From Bacteroidota bacterium (lineage in GTDB: Bacteria; Bacteroidota; Ignavibacteria; UBA10030; UBA6906): DNA of 64,000 nt. Each line of letters opens with the position of its first letter. The stretch's first letter is position 1. The stretch is taken from positions 14,434-78,433 of the forward strand of contig DATJAS010000029.1 of NCBI GenBank assembly GCA_035516035.1, written 5' to 3'. Below, piece by piece: positions 10,341 to 20,083 of this stretch. Under the pieces are notes generated by a model. It was not told where the DNA came from. It saw only the letters and a list, made by a program, of their open reading frames with translations, and searched no databases. Position numbers and translations under genes: made by a program.

Positions 10341-10613
10341 TCGTCTTTCCCTCACTGGTTTGCCATTCCCATAAAATAGTGGGTTCTCCGATGTAAGCGT
10401 TTGATTGACGGATATTTCTTCAATACCCCATTTTCCCTCACAGTTTCCTCAGGTCGTCGCTTGGATTCGCAAATCTGACGATTCGAGTAACCTGGGAGCC
10501 TGAAATTAGCGGATTTTGCGAAAACCCGGTGCACTGCCTGTGGCATGGAGATTGTCCCCACCTGATCGCCTCCCGGTCCGAGTGAGAGGAAGTGATCCTG
10601 GCTGAAGGGTGGA

Positions 10614-12248
10614 GTGATGAGAGAACAAACTGGAGCGTTCCCGGGAGCTGCATCTGCGGCACCCCCCCCGGCCGGCACAGGCCCGGCATCCTGCCCCCCA
10701 TGTACCCCCGATCGAACTGCGGACCAGTTTGCCGACGTCATCACGTGGGCCCCGATCGGCCTTTTCAGGGTCCGCCGGGACGGCTCGTTTGTCGCCGTCA
10801 ACCGTCGCCTCGTCGAGATGCTCGGTTATGCTTCGACGGAAGACCTGCTTGCCCGCAATCTCGGACGGGACGTCTACTTCGACCCCTCCCAGCGCGAGAC
10901 GCTCCTGATGCTTGTGGAATCGCGAGGCACGGAGATCCGTCTTGAAGCCCGCTGGCGGACGAAGGCCGGGGCACCGATATGGGTCGAGCTCACCGGGCAT
11001 GCCATCCCGGGCGATGACGGTTCACACGGCTTCTATGAGGGTCTTGCCGTCGACATCACGGAGAAGAAGGAGCTGGAGGCGCAGTTTCTCCGCGCGCAGC
11101 GGATGGAAAGCATCGGCACGCTCGCCAGCGGCATCGCCCACGACCTGAACAACGTGCTCGCGCCGATCACGATGTCGATCGCGATGCTCCGCGGCAAGAT
11201 CACGGATCCCTCCGGCCTCAAGTGGCTCAACACGATCGACGCGTCCGCGGTGCGGGCCGCGGGGATTGTCAGGCAGGTGCTGAGCTTCGGCAGGGGGGTG
11301 GAGGGGGAGCGCGTTCCCGTGCAGCCGCGGCACATCGTGAACGAAATCGTCAAGATCGCGCGCGAGACGTTCCCGCGGTCCATCACCATCAGCGCCGACG
11401 TGCCGAAGGACCTCTGGCCGATCAACGCCGACCCCACGCAGCTCCACCAGGTGCTGCTCAATCTCTCGGTCAACGCCCGGGACGCAATGCAATCGGGGGG
11501 AACGCTGGGGATCAGCGCCGGGAACATCACGCTGGATGAGCACTACGCCCGGGTTCACATCGACGCAAAACCGGGACGCTACGTCGCGCTGGCGGTCACG
11601 GACTCGGGGACCGGCATTCCCCGGGGTATCCTGGAGAAGATCTTCGATCCGTTCTTCACCACGAAGCCGCCGGGGCAGGGGACGGGGCTGGGCCTCTCCA
11701 CGGTCCAGGCGATCGTCCGGGGGCACGGCGGATTCATGAACGTCTACTCGGAAGAGGCGCGGGGATCGACGTTCCGCGTCTATCTCCCCGTGTGCGAGCA
11801 GGAAGGTGTCGCCGCTTCACGCAGTCCGGAGGCGGTCCTCCCCGCCGGGCGCGGGGAGGCGATCATGGTCGTCGACGATGAGCCTTCGATCCGCGAGATA
11901 ACCCGGGGTATGCTTGAATCGAACGGCTATCGCGCCCTGACCGCCTCCGACGGCGCCGAGGCGCTCACGCTCTACCGACAGAGGCAGGGGGAGATCGCCG
12001 CGGTCATCATCGACCTGATGATGCCGGGCATGGACGGATCGACCGCGATCCGGGCGCTGCGGGGAATCAATCCCGGCGTCCGCATCATCGCCTCCAGCGG
12101 GTTCGGCGCGGAAAACACGGTGGCGGCCGCGGCCGCGCTCGGGGCGGCGCTCTTCCTGCAGAAGCCGTACACCACCGGGACGCTGCTGAGAACGCTCGAT
12201 GAGCTCATTCATCACACCACGAGGGTCGACGAGGGCCATGGACGATAG
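10614..12248 (+). CDS. hybrid sensor histidine kinase / response regulator with PAS domain
   Basis: HisKA H-box (GIAHDLNNVLAPI), HATPase_c G-boxes, C-terminal REC domain (IMVVDDEPSIREI...DLMMPGMDG). Confidence 0.8.
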   Translation: MMREQTGAFPGAASAAPPPAGTGPASCPPCTPDRTADQFADVITWAPIGLFRVRRDGSFVAVNRRLVEMLGYASTEDLLARNLGRDVYFDPSQRETLLMLVESRGTEIRLEARWRTKAGAPIWVELTGHAIPGDDGSHGFYEGLAVDITEKKELEAQFLRAQRMESIGTLASGIAHDLNNVLAPITMSIAMLRGKITDPSGLKWLNTIDASAVRAAGIVRQVLSFGRGVEGERVPVQPRHIVNEIVKIARETFPRSITISADVPKDLWPINADPTQLHQVLLNLSVNARDAMQSGGTLGISAGNITLDEHYARVHIDAKPGRYVALAVTDSGTGIPRGILEKIFDPFFTTKPPGQGTGLGLSTVQAIVRGHGGFMNVYSEEARGSTFRVYLPVCEQEGVAASRSPEAVLPAGRGEAIMVVDDEPSIREITRGMLESNGYRALTASDGAEALTLYRQRQGEIAAVIIDLMMPGMDGSTAIRALRGINPGVRIIASSGFGAENTVAAAAALGAALFLQKPYTTGTLLRTLDELIHHTTRVDEGHGR

Positions 12249-14235
12249 CAGCGGATCTCTTGGCACGCCGCGGGCTCCCGAAGACCTCGCGTTTCTCTCC
12301 CGGACCGCGACCGAATTCGTCGAGATGCTTCCCGAGGCGGATATCTATTCGTACATCTGCGTGCGCCTGCGGGACCTTGTGGGGGGCGTTCCGGTCATCG
12401 TGACGTCCTACGAGAGGGAGGCGCGGGCGTTCACGCTTCGGGCGTTCCAGGGCGCTCCGGAAGTGCTCGGCATGTTCCAGCAGAAGATCGGGGGTTCCCT
12501 GCTCGGCCGCGCGTTCCACCTGAGCGAGAAAGCCGAGCGCCGCCTGTTTGAGAAGAGCATCCACAGGGAGGCAACTGCCGACCTCTACGAGCTGACGGCG
12601 CATTCGTTCCCGGAGCCGATCTGCCGGCGTGCGGAACAGCTCATGAACCTCGGCGCCGTCTACGCGATGGGCTTTATCCGCGGAGAGGAGCTGCTCGGCT
12701 CGGCGAGCATCTATTTCCCGAAGGGAACGGACTTTGAGCCGCGGCAGGTCATTGAGACGTTCATCAAGCAGGCCTCGGTGGCGCTGCAGCGCCGGCGCTC
12801 CGATGAAGCGTTGCGCCGCTCCGTGTCGCTCCTGTCCGCGACGCTCGAATCGACCGCCGACGGCGTCCTCGTAGTCGATACCGCGGGACAGATCGTTCAG
12901 TACAACCACCAGTTTGTTGACATGTGGGGGATGGATGAAGGGATCCTTGCCGGGGGCGACGACGCGCGCGCGATCGGGCACATCCTCTCGCGGCTGAAGT
13001 ACCCCGAGAGGTTCGTCGTGCGCGTGAAAGAGCTTTACGATCACCCCGAGGAGACCAGCTTCGACGTCGTGGAGTTCCTCGACGGCCGGATATTCGAGCG
13101 GTATTCACAGCCCCAGAGGATAGACGGGGTTCCCGTGGGACGGGTCTGGAGCTTCCGCGACGTGACCGAAAGGAAGAGAGCCGAAGCGGAGCTCAAAAAG
13201 AGCGAGCAGCGGTACCGCCAGGTGGTGCATGGAGTGGGGGAGGTCATTTTCGAAACGGACGCGGCGGGGCTCTGGACGCTGCTGAATCCGGCATGGACCG
13301 AGATCACCGGCTTCGGCGTCGAGGAATCGCTCGGCGTCTCGTTCCTGGAGTTCGTTCTCCCGGAGGACCGCGAAAGGAACCTGTCCCTCTTTCGCCCGCT
13401 CATCGAGAGGGAAAAAGACTACTGCCTTCACGAAATCCGCTACAGGACGCGGGATGGGGGCTTCAAATGGATCGAAGTCCATGCCCGGCTCATCCTCGAC
13501 GACGCGGGGGAGTCCAGGGGAACCACCGGCACGCTGCGCGATATCACCGAGCACAAGCGGGCAGCCGAAGAGCTGCGGGTGCTTGTGCAGCAGACCGAAC
13601 GGGACGCGCGCACGAAGGCGGAGCTGCTGAGCGAGGTCAACCACCGCGTTAAGAACAACCTCCTGGCCGTTCAAGGACTCATGCTGGCGGGGAGGCGGCA
13701 GGCCGAGACGGAGGGGCAGCCGGAGGTGGGGCGTGCGATCGACGGCATCGCCTCGAGAATCGAAGGACTCCTGAGCGTGCACAAGCTTCTCTCCTCGAAC
13801 CAGTGGGGCCCGATCCCGGTGAGCCGGCTCGCCGAGACGATTATCGCCCGCGTCGCCTCTGCGGTTGTGGCGGGCGCACGGGTCCGGGTCGACGTGCAGC
13901 CTTCGCCCGTGGAGGTTTCCCCGCGGCAGGCGAGCAGCCTGGCGCTCGTGTTCAACGAGCTTGCCACGAACACGATCAAGCACGCCGTCAACGGCCGGAA
14001 GTCCGCGCGGATCTGTGTCACCGCCATGCTGGAGGGGGACACGATCCGGATCGAATATGCCGACGACGGCCCGGGTTATCCGGAGGATGTCCTCGCCCGC
14101 AGGCGCACTTCCACGGGGATGCATCTTGTCGATCAGATCGTCACCGGGACGCTTCGCGGCAGGATCGAGCTCCAGGAGGGAGAAGGCGCAACGGCGGTCA
14201 TGCACATCAAAATCGAAGAAAGCGGGAGGACCTGA
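12238..14235 (+). CDS. multi-PAS sensor histidine kinase, HisKA_2/HWE-type
   Basis: Several PAS segments. VNHRVKNNLLAVQGLM H-box typical of HisKA_2. ATG at 12238 overlaps the stop of the upstream hybrid kinase. Confidence 0.75.
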   Translation: MDDSSGSLGTPRAPEDLAFLSRTATEFVEMLPEADIYSYICVRLRDLVGGVPVIVTSYEREARAFTLRAFQGAPEVLGMFQQKIGGSLLGRAFHLSEKAERRLFEKSIHREATADLYELTAHSFPEPICRRAEQLMNLGAVYAMGFIRGEELLGSASIYFPKGTDFEPRQVIETFIKQASVALQRRRSDEALRRSVSLLSATLESTADGVLVVDTAGQIVQYNHQFVDMWGMDEGILAGGDDARAIGHILSRLKYPERFVVRVKELYDHPEETSFDVVEFLDGRIFERYSQPQRIDGVPVGRVWSFRDVTERKRAEAELKKSEQRYRQVVHGVGEVIFETDAAGLWTLLNPAWTEITGFGVEESLGVSFLEFVLPEDRERNLSLFRPLIEREKDYCLHEIRYRTRDGGFKWIEVHARLILDDAGESRGTTGTLRDITEHKRAAEELRVLVQQTERDARTKAELLSEVNHRVKNNLLAVQGLMLAGRRQAETEGQPEVGRAIDGIASRIEGLLSVHKLLSSNQWGPIPVSRLAETIIARVASAVVAGARVRVDVQPSPVEVSPRQASSLALVFNELATNTIKHAVNGRKSARICVTAMLEGDTIRIEYADDGPGYPEDVLARRRTSTGMHLVDQIVTGTLRGRIELQEGEGATAVMHIKIEESGRT

Positions 14236-14239
14236 GAGG

Positions 14240-14851
14240 ATGACGGTTCGAAGGAATCTGAGCGTCCTGGTGGCGGAAGACGATGCCCTTGTCTCCGATA
14301 TCATCGAGCATCAGCTCGGCCTGATCGGCTGTGCCGTGGTGGGGAAAGCTTCGGACGGGACGCAGGTCGTCGAGAAATCCCGTGAACTCGCACCGGATAT
14401 CGTCCTGATGGATATCGAGATGCCGGGTCTGGATGGTCTCCAGGCAACCGAGGAGATCCAGCGAACTGCCCCGCGGCCGGTCGTCCTCCTGACGGCGCAC
14501 GAAAGTCCCGACCTGGTCGCCAGGGCGGGGCGGGCGGGAGCCGGCGGGTACCTGGTCAAGCCCACCACGCCGGAGGAGCTGGATCGCACACTGGCGATAG
14601 CTGTGGCAAGATTCAACGACCTGATGGAGCTCAGGCGCCTGAACGAGCAGCTCACGGCCGCCCTGGCCAGCGTAAAAACCCTCTCCGGGCTCCTCCCGAT
14701 TTGCGCCAGCTGCAAGAAAATCAGGGATGACCGGGGATACTGGCTCGCCGTGGAGGCCTATATCATGGGCCACACGGATGCCCGGTTTTCCCACGGCTGC
14801 TGCCCTGAGTGCCGGCAGAAACTCTACCCCGATTTGAGCTCCCGCGGCTGA
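14240..14851 (+). CDS. response regulator (REC domain) with unusual C-terminal Cys-rich tail (CxxC...CPxC)
   Basis: RBS GAGAGGA upstream. REC motifs VAEDD, LMDIEMPGLDG, GYLVKP. Tail LPICASCKKIRDDRGYWLAVEAYIMGHTDARFSHGCCPECRQKLYPD. Confidence 0.8.
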   Translation: MTVRRNLSVLVAEDDALVSDIIEHQLGLIGCAVVGKASDGTQVVEKSRELAPDIVLMDIEMPGLDGLQATEEIQRTAPRPVVLLTAHESPDLVARAGRAGAGGYLVKPTTPEELDRTLAIAVARFNDLMELRRLNEQLTAALASVKTLSGLLPICASCKKIRDDRGYWLAVEAYIMGHTDARFSHGCCPECRQKLYPDLSSRG

Positions 14852-14954
14852 AGGACCGGCAAAACCTCTGCCCCGGTTTGATCTCCGCCGGGTGAAGGAC
14901 CGGCAAAATCTCCGCCCCGGTTTGATCTCCGCCGGCTGAAGGGCCGGCAGAACC
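14848..14954. repeat. 44-bp tandem direct repeat, ~2.5 copies plus a degenerate copy inside the response-regulator 3' end
   Basis: ctgaaggaccggcaaaacctctgccccggtttgatctccgccgg / gtgaaggaccggcaaaatctccgccccggtttgatctccgccgg / ctgaagggccggcagaacc. Last codons of RR (ccccgatttgagctcccgcgg) resemble the unit end. Confidence 0.75.
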
Positions 14955-15062
14955 AACCCCCATCCCCTCGTGTTGCTACACTCAGCATGTCCGGTTTTCT
15001 CTCCCTCGTTCGTTATCAGTGTACAGGCGGCAGAATACAACACATCCAGCGGGGTGAGCATC

Positions 15063-15413
15063 ATGAAGGAATTCCTTCTTCTCTTCAGGGGCGGCAATGA
15101 CATGAGTGCCATGCGGGAGTCGCCCGAAAACTACCAGCAGCACCTCGTCAAATGGAAGGCATGGATGGAAGCCCTCGGGAAACAGGGGAAATTCATCGGC
15201 GGACAGCCCCTTTCGGGTGAGGGAACGGTGATCAGCGGGAGCGAAAAAGTAGTGACCGACGGTCCGTACGTGGAAGGGAAGGAGATCGTCGGAGGGTACC
15301 TGCTTGTCCGGGCGCACGACCTGAAGGAAGCCGTCCAGCTCTCCAGCGGCTGCCCGATATTCGACGCGGACGGCGCCGTCGAAGTCCGGGAAGTCCAGCA
15401 GCTCCAGGCCTGA
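15063..15413 (+). CDS. YciI-like family protein
   Basis: ~116 aa. MKEFLLLFRGG...YLLVRAHDLKEAVQL pattern of YCII-related domain. Immediately upstream of and likely coupled to the ECF sigma factor. Confidence 0.65.
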   Translation: MKEFLLLFRGGNDMSAMRESPENYQQHLVKWKAWMEALGKQGKFIGGQPLSGEGTVISGSEKVVTDGPYVEGKEIVGGYLLVRAHDLKEAVQLSSGCPIFDADGAVEVREVQQLQA

Positions 15414-15414
15414 G

Positions 15415-16701
15415 GTGCGCGAGGGGGCGAACATACCGGTCGTGTCGCTTGTCGACCATCTCTTCCGGCATGAGTCCGGGCGAATGGTCTCTGCGCTGAC
15501 TCGCCTGTTCGGCATACACAACCTGGCGCTCGCCGAGGACGTGGTGCAGGAGGCATTTCTGAAGGCGTGCCAGGAATGGCGGTTGAACCCCATTCCCCCC
15601 AATCCCTCCGCGTGGCTTCTCGTGACGGCCCGGAACCGGGCGATCGACGCGATCCGGCGGAACAGGCACCAGGTCGCGTTCTCGGAGGACATCACGCACC
15701 TGCTGAACTCGGAATACACTACGGCCGGCACGGTGGACGAGATGTTCCTCGATGAGGAAATCGCCGACAGCCAGCTCCGGATGATTTTCACCTGCTGCCA
15801 TCCCGATCTCACGCCGGAGATGCGCATACCCCTCACACTCCGCACACTCTCCGGGTTCGGCATACAGGAAATCGCCGCAGCGCTCCTGACGAACAAGGAA
15901 ACGATCACCAAGCGGCTCTACAGGGCGCGCCAGTCGATCAGGGAGCGTGGAATCCGGTTCGAAATCCCCGTTGGGGACGATCTTGCACCGCGCCTGGACA
16001 CCGTCTACACGGTTCTCTATCTCCTGTTTAACGAGGGATACAATTCGGGGAGGGTCGACGAGCTGATCCGGAAGGACCTCTGCGCTGAGGCGATGCGCCT
16101 GTGCCTCCTGCTGTCGCAGCACAGGATCGGCGATCGGCCCAGCACGTACGCACTCCTCTCGCTGATGTGCTTCCACGCCTCCCGGTTCGACAGCAGGATG
16201 ACGAGCGACAACGAGATCGTTCTGCTGCAGGACCAGGACCGTTCGGCCTGGGACCGTGACCTGATCCGGCGGGGAGAATACTATATCAACAGGGCCGCCG
16301 AGGGGGAGGACGTTTCCGAGTACCACTTAGAGGCCGCGATCTCCGCGCAGTACGCGCTGGCCCCATCGTTCCTGGAAACAGACTGGATATTGATCGCGGG
16401 ACTGTACGACGCGCTCCTGGCGCTGAAATCGAACCCACTTGTGAAGCTCAACAGGGCTGTCGTGCTGGGGAGGATCCACGGACCCCGTGCGGCGATCGAG
16501 GAGATCCGCCGGATCGACGGATTGGACCGCCTCGCCTCCAGGCACTACCTCTACAACGCGGTCCTGGGGCAGTTGTACATCGAGGCGGACGATCACGAGC
16601 ACGCACGGGAGTGCATAACGCGGGCGGGCGCGCTCACGACGTCCGACGCCGAGAGGCGCCTCCTGTCCCGCAAGCTCGAATCCTTGCGTCCCCCGAACTG
16701 A
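15415..16701 (+). CDS. ECF-type RNA polymerase sigma factor with long C-terminal extension (YciI-associated type)
   Basis: GTG start 2 nt after the yciI-like stop. Sigma-70 region 2 (AEDVVQEAFLKA) and region 4 (ETITKRLYRARQSIRE). ~250 aa TPR-like C-terminal extension. Confidence 0.8.
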   Translation: MREGANIPVVSLVDHLFRHESGRMVSALTRLFGIHNLALAEDVVQEAFLKACQEWRLNPIPPNPSAWLLVTARNRAIDAIRRNRHQVAFSEDITHLLNSEYTTAGTVDEMFLDEEIADSQLRMIFTCCHPDLTPEMRIPLTLRTLSGFGIQEIAAALLTNKETITKRLYRARQSIRERGIRFEIPVGDDLAPRLDTVYTVLYLLFNEGYNSGRVDELIRKDLCAEAMRLCLLLSQHRIGDRPSTYALLSLMCFHASRFDSRMTSDNEIVLLQDQDRSAWDRDLIRRGEYYINRAAEGEDVSEYHLEAAISAQYALAPSFLETDWILIAGLYDALLALKSNPLVKLNRAVVLGRIHGPRAAIEEIRRIDGLDRLASRHYLYNAVLGQLYIEADDHEHARECITRAGALTTSDAERRLLSRKLESLRPPN

Positions 16702-16732
16702 TCCCTCATTCCACTAATAGTCCGGAGCCCCC

Positions 16733-17140
16733 ATGTCCAAGACCATCGTCCAGACCGTCACGTTCAACGCTCCGCCGGAGAAGCTCTACAGGCTCTACAC
16801 TGATTCGAAACAGCACACCGCCGCGATCGGGGCGAAGTCGATTATCAGCACGAAAGTGGGGGGGCGGTGCGCCGCGTACCAGGAGAGCCTGACCGGCACG
16901 ACGCTCGGCCTGGTCAGGAACAGGCTGTTCGTCCAGACCTGGCGGTCCGACGACTGGACGAAGGATCAGCCGGATTCTGTCCTCACGCTCTTCTTCGAGA
17001 AGGAAGGGAAAGGAGGCCGCCTCACGATGGTCCACGCGAACATCCCCGACGACCACTACCCGGGGATCAAGACCGGCTGGACCACGTACTACTGGGATCC
17101 CTGGAAGAAGTACCTGGCAGGAAAGTCGAAACGAAAATAG
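16733..17140 (+). CDS. SRPBCC / AHSA1 (activator of Hsp90 ATPase homolog)-like domain protein
   Basis: 135 aa. VQTVTFNAPPEKLYRLYTDSKQH...MVHANIP pattern typical of AHSA1/SRPBCC small proteins. Confidence 0.65.
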   Translation: MSKTIVQTVTFNAPPEKLYRLYTDSKQHTAAIGAKSIISTKVGGRCAAYQESLTGTTLGLVRNRLFVQTWRSDDWTKDQPDSVLTLFFEKEGKGGRLTMVHANIPDDHYPGIKTGWTTYYWDPWKKYLAGKSKRK

Positions 17141-17151
17141 CCTCAACTTCT

Positions 17152-17215
17152 GTCATTGCGAGAGCTTTTAGCGAAGTGCGCTCTTTGCATCACGACGCTT
17201 CCTGGCGTGACGATC
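17152..17215. repeat. REP/MITE-like element, copy E
   Basis: tgtcattgcgagagcttttagcgaag... Confidence 0.5.
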
Positions 17216-17366
17216 CCGCCGCTTTCACCCCTCCCCCGTGCATTTCATCCCCCCCGTTTGTCATTCTATCCGATTTCCGGTACTCTGCCCCGCACGGTGC
17301 GTATATTGTGTCAAATGAACGGCGCTCCCGCGCCGGCGGTGAAATGCACAAGAGGAGGGAGACACG

Positions 17367-18050
17367 GTGCTATCATTCATCCACACGCAGGACCTTGCAA
17401 AGCAGTACGCGCTCGGCAGGGTGAGTGTGCCGGCGCTCCGCGATATCACGCTGGATATGGAGAAGGGGGAGTTTGCCACGATCTGCGGCCCGTCCGGCAG
17501 CGGCAAGACGACGCTGCTTAACATGCTCGGGTTCATCGACACCCCCACGGCTGGGAAGGTCTATTTTGAAGGTGCCGAGATCAGATACAACGGCCTTTCC
17601 GGGCTCCACAGGCTCCGCCTGGAGAAAATCGGCTTCATATTCCAGACATTCAATCTTATCCCGGTTCTTTCGGCGTACGAGAACGTCGAATACCCGCTCC
17701 TCCTGACCAGGAAAAGCTCGCGCGAACGGAAGGCGCTCGTCGAGAAAATCCTCCGGGAAGTGAAGCTGTGGGACTGGCGGAAGCACAAGCCGAACGAGCT
17801 CTCCGGGGGGCAGCGCCAGCGCGTGGCGATCGCCCGCGCGCTGGTCAACAGCCCGGGTCTCGTGCTGGCCGACGAGCCGACCGCGAACATAGACTCCGCC
17901 ACGTCCGCCGAGATCCTGGACCTGATGCGGACGCTGAACGAGGAAGAGCACGTGACGTTCCTGTTTTCCACGCACGACCCGACGGTCGTCGCGTACGCAA
18001 AGAGAATCATTCGCCTGCACGACGGCTCGATCGTCGAAGGGCACGCCTGA
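17367..18050 (+). CDS. ABC transporter ATP-binding protein (LolD/MacB/FtsE-like)
   Basis: GTG start. Walker A GPSGSGKTT, signature LSGGQRQRVAIARAL, Walker B LVLADEPT. Confidence 0.85.
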   Translation: MLSFIHTQDLAKQYALGRVSVPALRDITLDMEKGEFATICGPSGSGKTTLLNMLGFIDTPTAGKVYFEGAEIRYNGLSGLHRLRLEKIGFIFQTFNLIPVLSAYENVEYPLLLTRKSSRERKALVEKILREVKLWDWRKHKPNELSGGQRQRVAIARALVNSPGLVLADEPTANIDSATSAEILDLMRTLNEEEHVTFLFSTHDPTVVAYAKRIIRLHDGSIVEGHA

Positions 18051-18067
18051 CACCGGGAGACTACGCC

Positions 18068-19294
18068 ATGTTCAAATTCATCAAGCTTGCCACCAAGAAC
18101 GTGTTCCGGAACCGGCGCCGGACAATCATCACCGGCCTCGTCCTCGTCTTCGGCGCGACCGCGCTGATTCTCGCCGGGGGGTTCGTCTCGTTTTCGTTTC
18201 GCGGCCTGAGCGAGAACACGATCCGGAGCCAGCTCGGCCACATCCAGATCTATCACGCCGGCTTCTTCGACAGGGAGGAAGAGAAGCCGCTCGAGCTGGG
18301 GCTCGACTCGGTCGACGTGCTCCAGGCAAAGATCGCCGGAGCCCCGTACGTCCGGTTCAGCATGGCCCGCGTGGAGTTCATGGGGCTCCTGTCCAACGGT
18401 GAGAAGTCCGCCGTCTTCATCGGGCGGGGGGTCGAGCCTGAGCAGGAGATGGCGCTCACCGGGAACCGCACGCCCATGGACACCGGTGCATTCCTCGGCC
18501 AGAACGGGGCCGGCGGCCAGGACGCGGAAGTCGTGGTCGCCCGGGGCCTTGCAAAGTCGCTCAAGGCGAAGATCGGCGACTACCTCACGCTGATGACGAC
18601 GACCTCGAAAGGCGCCCTGAACGCGATGGACGTGAAAGTCGTGGGGATTTATTCCACCGGCGTCCCCGAGTACGATGAGCGGGCGCTCATGGTCGATCTC
18701 AAGACCGCGCAGCAGCTCCTGGTGACGCGCAGGGTGTCGAAGATCGTGGTGGTCCTGGACGAGACTGACCACACACGCCAGGCCGCGACGGCACTCGCCG
18801 GCCTGCTCCCCGGGACGTCGCTCCGGAGGTGGGACGAGCTGGCCACGTTCTACAAGGCGGTCGTCCAGCTCTACAGCGCCATCTTCGCGTTTCTCGGTGT
18901 CATCATCTTCGTCATCGTCGTCCTGAGCAGCTCCAACACGATGATGATGTCGATCTTCGAGCGGACGAAAGAGATCGGCACGCAGCTCGCCGTGGGCACG
19001 TCCCGGCTCCGCCTGCTGGTGAACTTCCTGTACGAGGGGCTGATGGTCGGCGTCTTCGGCGGGCTTCTCGGTCTCGCGATTGCGGGGGGGCTGGCTGAGC
19101 TGATCAATCACTCCGGTCTTCGCATGCCCCCGCCCCCCGGTGGCACCACCGGCTATCCGCTCATGGTCGACCTCGTGCCCGCCGTGTTCGTCGGGGTCTT
19201 TTTGCTTATCGTGGTGACGACGGTGCTCTCTACCATCGCGCCGGCCGTCAGGGCGTCGCGCATGAAGATCGTCGACGCTCTGGGTCACGTGTAG
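18068..19294 (+). CDS. ABC transporter permease, FtsX-like (LolE/MacB-type)
   Basis: Internal ATG MFKFIKLATKNVFRNRRRT (typical FtsX N-terminus), large periplasmic loop, C-terminal 3 TM helices. Confidence 0.75.
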   Translation: MFKFIKLATKNVFRNRRRTIITGLVLVFGATALILAGGFVSFSFRGLSENTIRSQLGHIQIYHAGFFDREEEKPLELGLDSVDVLQAKIAGAPYVRFSMARVEFMGLLSNGEKSAVFIGRGVEPEQEMALTGNRTPMDTGAFLGQNGAGGQDAEVVVARGLAKSLKAKIGDYLTLMTTTSKGALNAMDVKVVGIYSTGVPEYDERALMVDLKTAQQLLVTRRVSKIVVVLDETDHTRQAATALAGLLPGTSLRRWDELATFYKAVVQLYSAIFAFLGVIIFVIVVLSSSNTMMMSIFERTKEIGTQLAVGTSRLRLLVNFLYEGLMVGVFGGLLGLAIAGGLAELINHSGLRMPPPPGGTTGYPLMVDLVPAVFVGVFLLIVVTTVLSTIAPAVRASRMKIVDALGHV

Positions 19295-19306
19295 GAGGAT
19301 ACGCCA

Positions 19307-20083
19307 ATGCGCAACAGCGTCAGCATACGCCTTTCGACCGCCGCGCTCGCTGCGGCCACCTTCCTGGCGGGCGGGACGTCGTACCGCCCGGCCTTCGCGC
19401 AGGAGGGATCCCGCCCCGATCCCCGGAAACTGCTCGAGCAGGCCGACCTGAGCCGCAACGGCTGGGACACGTTCGAAGTGACGGCCGTGATCCGCAACTA
19501 CCAGAACGGCGAGCTGAAGGACGAAGGGAGCTTCGACACATACATCAAGGGGGCCGACAGGACGCTCGTGAAGTTTATGAACGTCGATGTGAAGGGGCAG
19601 TACCTCCTCATGCTCGAGGATGCGATGTGGATCTACCTCCCCAACACGAGAAAGCCCATCAGGATCACGCCGCTCCAGCGGCTCCTGGGCGACGCATCCA
19701 ACGGCGACGTGGCCCGGACGCGATGGGCGGGGGACTACGACGTCACGCTCAAGGGGGAGGAGAAGGTGGACGACGTCGCGTGCTACGTCCTGGACCTCGT
19801 CGCCCGGAGCGACGGGGCGACGTACAACCACGTTATCCTGTGGGTCAGGACGGAAGACTCCAGGCCCCGCAAGGCGGAGATCTACCTCACCTCCGGGAAG
19901 CACTACAAGACGATCTTCTACGATACGTTCAGCGTCGTGCACGGTCGGCTCCTCCTGGCGCAGATGACGATCATCGACCGGCTCCGGGAAGGGAGCACGA
20001 CGACGATGACGTTCAACGGGTACAACCCCCGGGAGATACCCGAGAAATGGTTCAACAAGGACTACCTGGAGAAACTCCGGTGA
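19307..20083 (+). CDS. LolA-like outer-membrane lipoprotein-sorting protein
   Basis: RBS GGAGGA. Signal peptide, ~230 aa mature beta-rich sequence. Co-operonic with ABC ATPase and FtsX permease. Confidence 0.55.
   Translation: MRNSVSIRLSTAALAAATFLAGGTSYRPAFAQEGSRPDPRKLLEQADLSRNGWDTFEVTAVIRNYQNGELKDEGSFDTYIKGADRTLVKFMNVDVKGQYLLMLEDAMWIYLPNTRKPIRITPLQRLLGDASNGDVARTRWAGDYDVTLKGEEKVDDVACYVLDLVARSDGATYNHVILWVRTEDSRPRKAEIYLTSGKHYKTIFYDTFSVVHGRLLLAQMTIIDRLREGSTTTMTFNGYNPREIPEKWFNKDYLEKLR

Noticed and set aside
13105-14304. 399-aa minus-strand ORF antisense to the PAS histidine kinase
   Set aside because: Overlaps a kinase with clear H-box and ATPase motifs on the other strand.
15232-16326. 364-aa minus-strand ORF antisense to the ECF sigma factor
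   Set aside because: Sigma factor regions 2/4 are clear on the plus strand. Antisense ORF is Arg/Pro-rich.
19627-20079. 5' extension of the ORF that contains the beta-barrel gene (ORF track 19627-21426)
   Set aside because: Extension overlaps the LolA-like gene in another frame. A signal-peptide-like segment appears only after ~20080, so the real start is placed there.
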